A stretch of 64,000 nucleotides of DNA from Candidatus Nanohaloarchaea archaeon (GCA_041640035.1 JBEQBC010000001.1:204111-268110), one strand, 5' to 3'; shown: positions 26,903 to 36,628, counted from the stretch's first letter. Numbers and translations are program-made. The notes: a model not told the origin generated them from the letters alone.

Positions 26903-27613
26903 TTAAAGTCCTAGACCTCTTTCCTCAAGTTCTTCAGGAGTGATTCGCTGGAAGCTGTCGTCTTCGTCTACCTTGGACATTTCAAGGTTTGCTGTATCTA
27001 GTTCTTCTTCTCCCTGGTTGAGTGCTTCTACAGCAAGTTCGATTGCCTCTTCTTCGGAAAGATTTTCTTCCCAGTTTTCCTCTAGGTGTTCTTGAGCTTC
27101 TTTACCGTCTTTTCCGATTGCGATTGCCTGCCACTGGTTGAGTGTTCCGGAAGGATCGGTCTGGTAGACTGTTGCTTCTCCATCCTTGATCCCACCGCTG
27201 ATTGTGGCCAGTCCGTACGGTCTTACTCCTCCGTACTGTGTGAACTGCTGGCATCTATCGGCGACGAACTTAGCGAGGACGCTTGGGTCAATTGCTTCGT
27301 CGTATGTCATCAGGTTTTTCTGTGCTTCCTCTCTGGCTTCTTCAACAAGCGTTCTTCCGTCCGCTACAAGACCGGATGTTGCGATTCCGATATGGTCGTC
27401 AATCTTGAATACCTTTTCAGGGTTTCTTACCTGAAGCTCTGGAGTGCTTCTTGTGGCACCAAGGACTACACCGTCCTCGTAAACTATTCCAAGGCTTGTA
27501 GCACCTTTTTTCACTGCTTCCTTTGCGTATTCTACCTGGAAAAGTCTTCCATCAGGTGAGAAGATTGTTATTCCGCGGTCGTACTGAGCCTGCTGTTGAT
27601 TGGTCATCTGCAT
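26903..27613 (-). CDS. psmA: Proteasome alpha subunit
   Basis: YDRGITIFSPDGRLFQVEYA, RPYG, DPSG. Confidence 0.97.
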   Translation of the reverse strand: MQMTNQQQAQYDRGITIFSPDGRLFQVEYAKEAVKKGATSLGIVYEDGVVLGATRSTPELQVRNPEKVFKIDDHIGIATSGLVADGRTLVEEAREEAQKNLMTYDEAIDPSVLAKFVADRCQQFTQYGGVRPYGLATISGGIKDGEATVYQTDPSGTLNQWQAIAIGKDGKEAQEHLEENWEENLSEEEAIELAVEALNQGEEELDTANLEMSKVDEDDSFQRITPEELEERGLGL

Positions 27614-27783
27614 TATTATTTGGTCACCTATATATCATGTTTGAAAAGTTTGAGAAAACTCTGTATATACAGTATACTAATAGAATATTTATTAACCTGA
27701 TCCGGAGAACAAGAATCGCTGGAAAAAATAAGAAAGCCTTTTTTAGATTACACCCACCACAACACAGATATACAACACGCATT

Positions 27784-27910
27784 GGTCCATTAGCTCAGGG
27801 GTTAGAGCACCGTCCTTATAAGGACCTCACACAGAAAAAACCTTACTTGATCCTGTGTGTTGCCTCCATAAGAGAGGCGGCGGTCCCGGGTTCGAATCCC
27901 GGATGGACCA
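27784..27910 (+). tRNA. tRNA-Ile(UAU) with 54-nt intron (27821-27874) at 37/38
   Basis: Acceptor GGTCCAT/ATGGACC+A; anticodon stem CCGTC/GGCGG; anticodon TAT 27817-27819; T-arm CCGGG-TTCGAAT-CCCGG; CTTA/TAAG BHB-like helix. Confidence 0.88.
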
Positions 27911-27981
27911 ACAAATTTGTAGAGTGTTGGACTGTAACATTTCAGATACTTTTTTATCAGGGGTTGAGATTATATCTATTT

Positions 27982-28305
27982 GTGAATCTGGATTCTATCC
28001 TTGTCTTGGTAGACGGTTTTCGTGCTGTCATCGGTATTTTGTTTGGTCTCTTCGCACTGGCTATTTACTGGAAGGTCAGGAATGATAGCGACTTGGCGAT
28101 GAGCTCGTTCCAGTTGAATAAGGAGGAGATTAAACAGGACTACAGAATCATACTTTATGCTAATATTATGATGGTTTTCGCTCTTGTGGCGCATATTCTT
28201 GGAGCCATGAACATTATCGGTCTTCTTACCGGAAGTATTCTCAGAACAGTCTACATTGCAGTGATAGCGTTTGTTCTTATCAGATGGGTGAGAAACTTCC
28301 GATGA
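27982..28305 (+). CDS. Small 3-TM membrane protein (pair 2, first gene)
   Basis: GTG start about 23 nt after TTTTTTAT; DSDLAMSSFQL loop; ends RWVRNFR. Confidence 0.7.
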   Translation: MNLDSILVLVDGFRAVIGILFGLFALAIYWKVRNDSDLAMSSFQLNKEEIKQDYRIILYANIMMVFALVAHILGAMNIIGLLTGSILRTVYIAVIAFVLIRWVRNFR

Positions 28306-28640
28306 TAGAGCTTGAAATACTGTTTGGTGTCGTCAATCTTCTAATTTATCTGCCGGCAATTTACTTTACCCACCGTATTTTACAGCATCTGGAGGAGGAT
28401 GGAGATGTTGCTTCAGCAATGTTCTTTATCAAGAAAGATGCAGAGAAGACTTTCCGTATTTCAGCTATCCTGGTAGCTTTGGTGCTTGTCGGAGAAGTAT
28501 TTATATACGGAAGTCACTTCCGCGGTGATGTATATCTTGGTATAGGTTATGCTTTAGTCACAATTGCTTCGCTAGGGGTGCTTTACTGGGTTAAAACCCT
28601 TACCAGTGTAACTGCTAACCCTTCAGAAACTAAGGAATAG
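28302..28640 (+). CDS. Small 3-TM membrane protein (pair 2, second gene)
   Basis: ATGA overlap and GGTGA SD; VASAMFFIKK loop. Confidence 0.72.
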   Translation: MIELEILFGVVNLLIYLPAIYFTHRILQHLEEDGDVASAMFFIKKDAEKTFRISAILVALVLVGEVFIYGSHFRGDVYLGIGYALVTIASLGVLYWVKTLTSVTANPSETKE

Positions 28641-28650
28641 CTATTTGATC

Positions 28651-29385
28651 TCAGTTTTCCAATGCATGTTTTTCCACAGACCTTTCCACGACCTGGTTGT
28701 AGTGGTCCCGGTCGATCTCTCCTTCAGTTCTACCACTAATCCATGCCGCAGCTACAGCATCTTCAACTAAACTGCTATACTTCTCAGAATTAGCCAGGAT
28801 TTGATCAGGTTCTACATCGTATTCGTCCAATGTAAGTGCTACCTGGTATCCGGCCGCATGGTGCAAATCTGGATGATTTCCAGGGTTCTCTTCATATTCT
28901 TCCCATTCTGTCTCGTCCTCTTTTAGTTGTTCGAGGTTATCAAATTCGACATTGTAGGCTTCTGGAAGGTTGAAGTACTGTAACTGGTTTAGGTACGCCA
29001 GAGCCTCGGAAAATGCTTTATCGGTGGCTGAATCTGTAGCAGTAAAATCAATCTCTTCCTCAGTTGCTGCCTGTTCTAATGTTTCGTAGATGTTTTCGAC
29101 CTGGTGAGCTACTTCATGCGGAATATGTACAGGATCCTGCACATAGATCTGTAGTTCTCCTTCTTCGAACGGGTTATGTTTCCAGAGCGGTGGACTGTTC
29201 CCCGGCTCTCTCATCGGTCTGCCGTTCCGTTCACTGTACTCTGTAGGTCCGTCAACTGAAACAGTTTCTATATCCGCGAACTCTACTACTTCTTCAAATC
29301 TATCTGTAGTGTCTATGATTATTCCTTCCAGAATACTTCTTTCTTCCTCTCCCAGCTCCAGTTCATCAGTGAGTTCTATTTTCAT
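28651..29385 (-). CDS. Acidic hypothetical protein with HExxH motif
   Basis: PHEVAHQ with downstream SEALA suggests a zincin-like site. Confidence 0.55.
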   Translation of the reverse strand: MKIELTDELELGEEERSILEGIIIDTTDRFEEVVEFADIETVSVDGPTEYSERNGRPMREPGNSPPLWKHNPFEEGELQIYVQDPVHIPHEVAHQVENIYETLEQAATEEEIDFTATDSATDKAFSEALAYLNQLQYFNLPEAYNVEFDNLEQLKEDETEWEEYEENPGNHPDLHHAAGYQVALTLDEYDVEPDQILANSEKYSSLVEDAVAAAWISGRTEGEIDRDHYNQVVERSVEKHALEN

Positions 29386-29401
29386 CTTACTGTGAATAAA
29401 C

Positions 29402-30196
29402 CTATTTTACCCTAGCTTTGGTTATTATCTCGTTATCTCCGTCTTCCACTTCCTTTCTTTCCGCGTGTCTGCCCTCCATCTCGATATCGGTGAAACCGTT
29501 TTCTGTAAGCCATTTCTGAATTTCTTCTGGAGTGAATCCTCTATGTCTCTGAGTGTCCTCGAAGCTTACTTCTTCTCTGGTTGATCGATCGAATAATGTG
29601 TATTCAACATCCCAGGTCCATGTATGATTTTCAGGGTCGTAGTCTGATACCTCGTCATCTATCTCAACCATTACTCTGCCGAAATGGTACTGTCCGTGTC
29701 CACCAAGTCTTCCCTCCTGTGGATCGCCTGTATCTTCTCTGAAATTATCGAAAAGGAAAACACCATCTTCTTTCAGCACATCATTTACTTCATTCATCAT
29801 ATTGTCTACTTCGCTGTCTTCCGTGAGGTAGGTCATCGTCCTGCCCAGCATGATTACTGCGTCGAAAGAATCTTCCTGAATCGGTAACTGTCTGATATCG
29901 CCTTGTACATGTCCTGCTTCAGTCTTCTCCCGGGATATTTCAAGCATCTCCTGACTCATATCTAAACCTACGATATCGTAGTCGTTATCGATTCTGCCAG
30001 TAAGATTGCCTGAACCGTTCCCTAAGTAGAGTACTTTGCTGCCTTCAGGGATGTAGTCTCTAAGAACTTGTTCTTGCGTCTCATAGTCGTCGGTTCTTTC
30101 GTTAAGTGCGTCATAGAATTCTGCCTGGCTACCGTATGAGTCACCGTCTTTAACATCAACTTCTCCGTCCAGGATATCGTAGAATATCTCAGGCAT
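29402..30196 (-). CDS. Class I SAM-dependent methyltransferase
   Basis: VLYLGNGSG, GLDMSQEML, GDIRQLP, FDAVI, LKEDGVFLFD. Confidence 0.88.
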   Translation of the reverse strand: MPEIFYDILDGEVDVKDGDSYGSQAEFYDALNERTDDYETQEQVLRDYIPEGSKVLYLGNGSGNLTGRIDNDYDIVGLDMSQEMLEISREKTEAGHVQGDIRQLPIQEDSFDAVIMLGRTMTYLTEDSEVDNMMNEVNDVLKEDGVFLFDNFREDTGDPQEGRLGGHGQYHFGRVMVEIDDEVSDYDPENHTWTWDVEYTLFDRSTREEVSFEDTQRHRGFTPEEIQKWLTENGFTDIEMEGRHAERKEVEDGDNEIITKARVK

Positions 30197-30234
30197 ACAA
30201 CCGTTGTTATCAACAAGTTATAAAATAATTTTGT

Positions 30235-31212
30235 TTATGGTAGAGCTGCTCTGCTCTGGTCGATATTTTCCTCTATCTGACCTGCTTTCTGCTTTGCGTT
30301 CTCCAGTTTCTGAACATTCTTCTCTGCGATGTTCTTTGATTCCTGTAACTGTTCCTCTAGCTCCGGGAAGTCAAAGCTCGCTGACTGTATATCGCTCTCT
30401 AAGGCGTTCATCTCTGATACAGAGTTATTCATGTCCTCCAGTAATCGGTCGATTTCATTTTCCAGCTCGGATACATTATCTGCCTCGATCTGGATAATCT
30501 CCTCTATCTCAGCTTCATCCTGCTTTACGGCATCCTCCTCCTGGGATTCCAGTCTTTCGATTTTCTCTATGACTTCGGGATCTACATCGTGTCCCTCCTC
30601 CAGCTGTTCCAGGAACTTGATGTTGCTGTGATCTTCCTGCTTCATCTCCATCTCTTTTCTCTCCTCCTCGGATAGGTTTTCCACTTGTTCGCTTAGTCTA
30701 AGCATCAGGCTTACTGCTTCAACGGCCAGTTCAGCTTCCTTGTTCATCTCCTTCATCTCCTGAAGCTCGTCCGAGAAAGCTTCCTTCAGTAGATTCCTGT
30801 TTCCTGATTCCTCAGCTTTCTGTCTCTCCTGGTCGACCTGGTTAAGCTGCTCGCTCATCGTTCCCTCACTTTTCGAAAGTATATCGACCATCCTGGCTCC
30901 GTACTCCGCTACCTTTTTCTCATCTGCCGTTAAGTTATGAGTCTTGTCGATTATATCTTCATAGTTCTCTACTTCATCAATCTGAGAGGTGATAGCTTTC
31001 TGAACTGCTTTTCCTGGTAGAGAAGCGTTTCTAGCCTGCTCTTTACTCATCTCACGGCTCTTCTCTACAGCCTTCTGGTATGCACCGGTATCGCTTAGAA
31101 ACTGTGCTATCTCAGCTACTTGTTCCTGGTTTTCATCAAGTATGGTCGCTGCTTCTCTCGATAGAGAGTAACAGGTCTTCAATCCTTTTGCTACGGCTGC
31201 AGGTGCTGGCAT
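30235..31212 (-). CDS. Acidic coiled-coil hypothetical protein
   Basis: E/K/Q-rich heptads; start taken as ATG 31212 to avoid overlap with the GNAT gene. Confidence 0.7.
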   Translation of the reverse strand: MPAPAAVAKGLKTCYSLSREAATILDENQEQVAEIAQFLSDTGAYQKAVEKSREMSKEQARNASLPGKAVQKAITSQIDEVENYEDIIDKTHNLTADEKKVAEYGARMVDILSKSEGTMSEQLNQVDQERQKAEESGNRNLLKEAFSDELQEMKEMNKEAELAVEAVSLMLRLSEQVENLSEEERKEMEMKQEDHSNIKFLEQLEEGHDVDPEVIEKIERLESQEEDAVKQDEAEIEEIIQIEADNVSELENEIDRLLEDMNNSVSEMNALESDIQSASFDFPELEEQLQESKNIAEKNVQKLENAKQKAGQIEENIDQSRAALP

Positions 31213-31217
31213 AGATA

Positions 31218-31763
31218 TCAGTTTTCCTCCGTGGAGAAGTATTCGTCTTCCAGGATGCTCATCCAGATTACATCTTTCCATTCGCCGTTCACATACTTGA
31301 AATCTCTTCCTCGTCCTTCCTCGGTGAATCCGGCTTTCTCCATAACTATTCTAGATGCTTCGTTTCGTTCAAGATATCCTCCCTTCAGTCTGTGTCTATT
31401 CAGTGTCTCAAAGGCATATTTGACGATTAACTCTGTTGCTTTGGTACCGACACCTTGATTATGGTAGTCCGGATGTACTGATATCCCGAACTCGCTTTTC
31501 CTGTAAGCCTTATCTAGATCTCCTATGCTTATTGAGCCGGCTTTCTCACCTTGGTACATTATCAGGAAGCTTTCCTTATCTTCTCCATCAAGTGATTCGA
31601 TATGGTTTTCCTCCTGCACGAGGTTTACAGGTCTTGGATCCCTGCCTATAGTATCTCTAACTTCTGGATGCTGAACCAGTCTCTGCAGAAACTCTGCATC
31701 CTCTTTTTCGACGGGCCTGAGAACAACATCATCCTTTTCTAGGAACTTGCTTTTCACATCCAT
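31218..31763 (-). CDS. GNAT acetyltransferase, RimJ/RimL type
   Basis: LRPVE, PDYHNQGVGT, NEAS...KAGFTEEG. Confidence 0.9.
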   Translation of the reverse strand: MDVKSKFLEKDDVVLRPVEKEDAEFLQRLVQHPEVRDTIGRDPRPVNLVQEENHIESLDGEDKESFLIMYQGEKAGSISIGDLDKAYRKSEFGISVHPDYHNQGVGTKATELIVKYAFETLNRHRLKGGYLERNEASRIVMEKAGFTEEGRGRDFKYVNGEWKDVIWMSILEDEYFSTEEN

Positions 31764-32281
31764 TCACCTCGTTTCACACCAAGATAAACCACATCACGGT
31801 ACTCTCCTTCCGCAAAGGTATGATCTCTCAGTTTACCTTCCTGCTGGAAATCCAGTTTTTCCCATACAGAAATTGAAGGATTGTTGTCCTCTCTGGCTCT
31901 CGCGTATATCTTGTGATAGTCCAGCTGTTGGAAAGCATGGTCTGTAAGTAGTTCGGCTGCCTCTGAACCGTATCCTTTCCCGTGGAAGTCCGGATGCAGC
32001 CATATACCCAGTTCACCTATCTGACCCTCATCATCCTCATCTATCAATGAGATGATTCCTTTCGGATAACCATCTCTGCATATCATCAGGCTTATCCCGT
32101 CTTTATCTGATACAACCTCTTCGATAAATTCCTCTTCTTCATCAAGATTCTTCGGACGAGTGTTGCCCATCCAAACTCTTACATCCGGATGGTTTACGCC
32201 GTCTCTCAAGAACTCTGCGTCCTCTCTTTCAATAGTTCTGAGATTTACATCTTCTCCTTCGATAAAAACTGGGCCTGGCAT
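31754..32281 (-). CDS. GNAT acetyltransferase, RimJ/RimL type (tandem paralog)
   Basis: LRTIE, PDFHGKGYGS, NNPS...KLDFQQEG. Confidence 0.9.
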   Translation of the reverse strand: MPGPVFIEGEDVNLRTIEREDAEFLRDGVNHPDVRVWMGNTRPKNLDEEEEFIEEVVSDKDGISLMICRDGYPKGIISLIDEDDEGQIGELGIWLHPDFHGKGYGSEAAELLTDHAFQQLDYHKIYARAREDNNPSISVWEKLDFQQEGKLRDHTFAEGEYRDVVYLGVKRGEWM

Positions 32282-32307
32282 ACTTTCAACATGGATTTTA
32301 CTGGTTT

Positions 32308-33174
32308 TTACATGTTCCGCAGCCTTTCAATCCGTTTCTCCAGAGGAGGATGAGTTGAGAACAGGGAAGCCTTGTTCTTGAACGGGTTCGAGAAATACAG
32401 ATGGCTTACCGCCTTGTTCGAGTCCATGCTTGTACTCTGGTTATGAATCTTCTCAAGTGCTCCTGCCAGTCCCTCCGGGTAGCGGGTCATCTCAGCTCCG
32501 GTCGCATCTGCCAGGTACTCTCTTTTCCGGCTCATCGCCAGCTGTACAGCTCTTGCGGATATCGGTGCGAATATAGCCAGTAGAAGTCCGGCTGCTGCCA
32601 GCCATGGTGGCGCGTCATCGTCAGCTCCGAACCACATGCTGTGAAGCAGTAGTTCGCTGAGAATACTGATTACTCCGATCAAGGCGACTGCCAGGGTCAT
32701 GAACATCACATCTCGGTTCTGGATATGTGCGAGTTCATGTGCTAGGACGCCTTCCAGTTCGTCTTTATCCAGTTTTTCGAGTGCTCCTGTGGTGACCGAT
32801 ATTTTTCCGTTCTTGGGTTTACGTCCTGTTGCGAAAGCATTGATCTCCGGCTTGTCCTGTATGTACAACTCTGGTTTTGGTAGTCCGGATGCGACGGTAA
32901 GTCCTTCTACAAGGTTATGATACTGTCTGTACTGGTTTTCAGGTGCTTTCTGTGCTCCTGTTACCTGTATTATCATTTCATCGCTCTTGAAGTAGGAGAA
33001 TAGAACATAGATGACTGATACAGCGATTCCTAGTGAGAGAATCAGGAAAGGACTCATCGTAGGTACGAACATGCGTCCTATTACAAAGATAAGTGCCAGA
33101 AGAATCAGTGGGACTATGAAAAGTAGCGCATAACTTTTTCTCTGATTCCACTTTATCTGATCTTCCAGCATCAT
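32308..33174 (-). CDS. htpX: M48 membrane zinc protease HtpX
   Basis: NAFATG, HELAH, SRKREYLAD, STHPP. Confidence 0.93.
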   Translation of the reverse strand: MMLEDQIKWNQRKSYALLFIVPLILLALIFVIGRMFVPTMSPFLILSLGIAVSVIYVLFSYFKSDEMIIQVTGAQKAPENQYRQYHNLVEGLTVASGLPKPELYIQDKPEINAFATGRKPKNGKISVTTGALEKLDKDELEGVLAHELAHIQNRDVMFMTLAVALIGVISILSELLLHSMWFGADDDAPPWLAAAGLLLAIFAPISARAVQLAMSRKREYLADATGAEMTRYPEGLAGALEKIHNQSTSMDSNKAVSHLYFSNPFKNKASLFSTHPPLEKRIERLRNM

Positions 33175-33193
33175 CGGTCTAACTCACTTCTCT

Positions 33194-33763
33194 TTACTCT
33201 GATTCGCCGGAGAAATCGACTTCAGGAAGCTCACGGTCCGCTGTCTCAATCTGAAGCTGATCCTTCTCGCTGTGGCCGAAAATGTTAGCGAACACTACTG
33301 CCGGGAATGTCTCGATTGCGTTGTTGTATTCAAGTATCGCATCATTGTAGTGCTGTCGTGCGTATGCAACCTTGTTCTCGATGCTTGAGAGCTCCTGCTG
33401 CAGTTCCTTGAAGTTTTCACTTGCCTTTAGGTCAGGATAGTCTTCTGCTACTGCGAAAAGCGATTTCAGTGCTTCTCCCATTTCATCTCCGGCCTTGGCT
33501 TCCTCCTCAGGGCTCTGTGCATTCATTATTTTTTCACGGCTCTCAGAGACCCGGTCCATAACTTCTCTTTCATGCTCCATGTAGCCTTCTACAGTTTCCA
33601 TAAGGTTAGGTATAAGATCGGCTCTTTTCTTCAGTTGGACATCTATTTGGCTCCAGGAGTTATCGATACGGTTTTCTAGAGTAACAAATCGGTTGTAGTA
33701 GTAAACTGTCAGCAGACCTAGAAGGACTACTGCACCTATTCCACCATAAAGTAAAAGAGACAT
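33194..33763 (-). CDS. lemA: LemA family protein
   Basis: IDVQLKKRADLIPNL, AEDYPDLKAS, ARQHYN. Confidence 0.95.
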   Translation of the reverse strand: MSLLLYGGIGAVVLLGLLTVYYYNRFVTLENRIDNSWSQIDVQLKKRADLIPNLMETVEGYMEHEREVMDRVSESREKIMNAQSPEEEAKAGDEMGEALKSLFAVAEDYPDLKASENFKELQQELSSIENKVAYARQHYNDAILEYNNAIETFPAVVFANIFGHSEKDQLQIETADRELPEVDFSGESE

Positions 33764-33873
33764 AATAAATTTCTTTGCTCTCGCAATCTTATAACTTGAT
33801 TCGATTTAATATGAAGAAGTTGGCCGGAAGAGGGAAAACGATTATAATATATTAGTTCAATTATCTAATTACA

Positions 33874-33924
33874 ATGATTTCCGTCCTTAGAACTCAGGGT
33901 GGACGCGTTCTGGAGCATCAATAA
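33874..33924 (+). CDS. Putative leader peptide MISVLRTQGGRVLEHQ (16 aa)
   Basis: ATG 23 nt after ATTATAATAT; homologous to the leader at 15952-16017. Confidence 0.55.
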   Translation: MISVLRTQGGRVLEHQ

Positions 33925-33984
33925 TAGCTTCCAGAATAAAATAATTTCTAAAATCTCTAACTATCCGTTCGCAGGTGTTTTCCT

Positions 33985-34665
33985 GTGACTCAGGTGCTTT
34001 CTGACTGGGAGGTAAGCGTTGTTGACGCAACCTTGGAATGGCCTCGTTACAGCAACCGGTTCAATGAGCTTTTGGGCGATGATATCAAGAAGTACAAGGC
34101 GATGAAACATGAGTTTCCGGAAGATCCGGAAGTAGTAATTATCTCAGGCTCAACCTCCGGAATCTACGAGGACGAGGAATGGATCGACGCATTAGTGGAG
34201 AAGACTCGGGAATACATCGAGAACGATGTACCCGTGCTTGGCCTCTGCTTCGGTCATCAGGTGATTGCCAAGGCGATGGGTGCTGAAGTCGTTCAGATGG
34301 ATGAGTATGAAATCGGTTACCGGCCTGTAGAGTTGGGAGAAAGCGAGATATTTGAAGGACTGGACTCTGTGGAGTACCCGTTCAACACGCATCAGGATAA
34401 AGTGATTGACTTACCGGACGACTTGGAGACTATCGCTGAAACTGATGTATCCGTTCAGGGCATTCAGCATAGTAAGAAGAAGGTTTATGGTGTTCAGTTC
34501 CATCCGGAGTTGACGCCGCCCATCAAGGAGAAAGCGATCCGGACGAAGGATATGCCTGAGGCTAAGAAAGAGAGACTTTTGAGAGAAGTGAATGATGCGA
34601 ACTTTGATCGTGCGAAACGGGTTCTCAGGATATTCGAGAACTTTCAGAACATTTTAGTCAATTAA
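33985..34665 (+). CDS. Class I glutamine amidotransferase-like hydrolase
   Basis: LGLCFGHQ and GVQFHPE triad motifs; no synthase partner adjacent. Confidence 0.9.
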   Translation: MTQVLSDWEVSVVDATLEWPRYSNRFNELLGDDIKKYKAMKHEFPEDPEVVIISGSTSGIYEDEEWIDALVEKTREYIENDVPVLGLCFGHQVIAKAMGAEVVQMDEYEIGYRPVELGESEIFEGLDSVEYPFNTHQDKVIDLPDDLETIAETDVSVQGIQHSKKKVYGVQFHPELTPPIKEKAIRTKDMPEAKKERLLREVNDANFDRAKRVLRIFENFQNILVN

Positions 34666-34699
34666 AGACTAAAATCTTTTTTTCTCTACTTTTTATTCG

Positions 34700-35098
34700 T
34701 TATTCGCTGCTCGCTGGGCCTATGGAGTGATGGCTTTGGTGTAGTGAAGCTCCTTCTAGGTCAGTTATGTTCATTTCGACCCGTACTAGTTGATCGGGGT
34801 CTGCTTCGACTAGAACGGTGATTGGCTGGTTCTTGGAGACGCCGTCTATTCTACGGTTCTCTATTGATTCTCTTACTTCTCCGTTAACTGAGATGTTGTA
34901 GGTGGCCAGTACATTGATTGTTTCGTTGCTGTTCGGTATGTACAGGAATTCTGCGTCACCGTCTGCGTAACTGGATACTTCAACATTAAATCCTGGATCA
35001 GGATCTGTTTCAACCTGTGTAGGATCAAGTACCAGTATAGCGCCGGTAACTAGGAGAAGGGGTACACCGGTCGCGAACGCAGCATCTCGAATGTTCAT
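34700..35098 (-). CDS. Hypothetical membrane-anchored/secreted protein
   Basis: N-terminal hydrophobic segment; N-glycosylation sequons. Confidence 0.65.
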   Translation of the reverse strand: MNIRDAAFATGVPLLLVTGAILVLDPTQVETDPDPGFNVEVSSYADGDAEFLYIPNSNETINVLATYNISVNGEVRESIENRRIDGVSKNQPITVLVEADPDQLVRVEMNITDLEGASLHQSHHSIGPASSE

Positions 35099-35144
35099 AA
35101 CTACTGTTGAGACACAAAAAGTAAAATAGTTGATGGAGAGGTGG

Positions 35145-35909
35145 TTATCCTAACTCCATATCTCCCAGTTTGTCTCTTCTGTAAAGATCGAGTTCCGCGA
35201 CTGTGTTGTTCTGATCCTGTCTTGCAGCAAACACTATTCCATCAGCGATCTGTTCAGGCTCGGTAACGGATCCTTCTTCGAACTCTTCCTTGAAAGCTGT
35301 TCCTTCCTCTGAGTTGAACTCTGTGCGGACTTCAGATGGATTTACTACGGTTACTGCTACTCCTTCGTCACCTATTTGGCTTGAAAGGCTTCTGGCGAAT
35401 CCTCTTGTCCACCATTTTGAAGCTGCGTATACAGGGTTGACTCCTCGTGGATACTGGCCAGCGATGCTTCCCAGGAAGATCAGGTTACCCTGTGTTTCTT
35501 TCAGATACCTGATTGATTCCCGTGCTACATAGAACATTCCGTCGAGATTGACCGAGTTCGTTTTCTCATAGTGGTCGGTCGGCATATCTTCGACTTCGCC
35601 ACTGTATACTAGTCCTGCGTTGCTGACTACTATATCTATCTGTCCGAAGACTTCTTCTGTTTTATTAAACAGGTTTTCTACCTGTTCTTCACTAGTTACA
35701 TCTGTTGATACCACAAGTGTTTCCACGCCGTGTTCTGATTCGATTTTATCTGCTGTTTCCTGTAGTTCCTCTTTACTTCGTGAAGCCAGTACGATTTTGG
35801 CTTTTTCCTCTGCGAGTCTGTGTGCCGTTGCTTTTCCTATTCCGGAGGACGCACCGGTTATTACCGCGGTATTATCTTCTAGTTCTTGCATAGTTTTTAC
35901 CTCTACCAT
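35145..35909 (-). CDS. Short-chain dehydrogenase/reductase
   Basis: TGASSGIG, SNAG, YAASK. Confidence 0.93.
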   Translation of the reverse strand: MVEVKTMQELEDNTAVITGASSGIGKATAHRLAEEKAKIVLASRSKEELQETADKIESEHGVETLVVSTDVTSEEQVENLFNKTEEVFGQIDIVVSNAGLVYSGEVEDMPTDHYEKTNSVNLDGMFYVARESIRYLKETQGNLIFLGSIAGQYPRGVNPVYAASKWWTRGFARSLSSQIGDEGVAVTVVNPSEVRTEFNSEEGTAFKEEFEEGSVTEPEQIADGIVFAARQDQNNTVAELDLYRRDKLGDMELG

Positions 35910-35993
35910 TACAGTGTTGAATGGTTTGATTTATCATCTGGCTGGACGGCCGGATGTAATCGTTAAAAGACTTCGAGTCGGAAATCTGATTAT

Positions 35994-36626
35994 ATGAGTT
36001 TGAAACTCCTCGTGACCAGTGACTTCCACGCTGATGAAGAACTGAAGGAAGCCGCCGTAGAAGAAGCTAACAGCGGTGATTACGACCTTTTCATCAACCT
36101 GGGAGACTACATGGGATTTGATTATGCGGAAGACATGTTTGACCGTATCGATATCCCGGCGATAGGTACTACAGGTAACCGTGACTCGATGGATAAAGAC
36201 CGTTTCGAGGAAAGCAGCGTACCTGTATACAAGTTCCTGGAAGCAAATGTTGACGACGACTACCTTGTAATACTGATCGGAGGAAGCTTCCCGGATGATA
36301 TCAAGGATCAGGTGAATGAGATAATTGAGGAGCACGGAGACCCTGAAAAAGTTATAATCGGATCACATTATCCGCCGAAAAAGCTTCAGGACACGATTAG
36401 TTCAGGTCGACATATAGGTTTCGATCAGTTCCGTGAAATCATTATGCGGAAGAAGCCAGCTATCTGGATGTCGGGACATGTACATGAAGACTACGGTAGA
36501 GATTCCCTGTTTAATACTGAGATAATAAACGCGGCCTCAGAAGAAACTGGCAAAGGCTACAAGGTAGTGATGTCCGATGAAGGCGGTGTTGAAAGTATTG
36601 AAGAAGTAGTTCTGGTCGAAGAATAG
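35994..36626 (+). CDS. Metallophosphoesterase (Icc-like)
   Basis: SDFH, LGD, GNRD, GHVHE. Confidence 0.88.
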   Translation: MSLKLLVTSDFHADEELKEAAVEEANSGDYDLFINLGDYMGFDYAEDMFDRIDIPAIGTTGNRDSMDKDRFEESSVPVYKFLEANVDDDYLVILIGGSFPDDIKDQVNEIIEEHGDPEKVIIGSHYPPKKLQDTISSGRHIGFDQFREIIMRKKPAIWMSGHVHEDYGRDSLFNTEIINAASEETGKGYKVVMSDEGGVESIEEVVLVEE

Positions 36627-36628
36627 CT

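Noticed and set aside
27523-27981. N-terminal part of the 260-aa ORF 27523..28305
   Set aside because: It overlaps psmA antisense and the tRNA-Ile gene; the real membrane protein most likely starts at GTG 27982.
33985-34665. Calling the GATase guaA
   Set aside because: No ATP-pyrophosphatase subunit is fused or adjacent; the family-level call is all the sequence supports.
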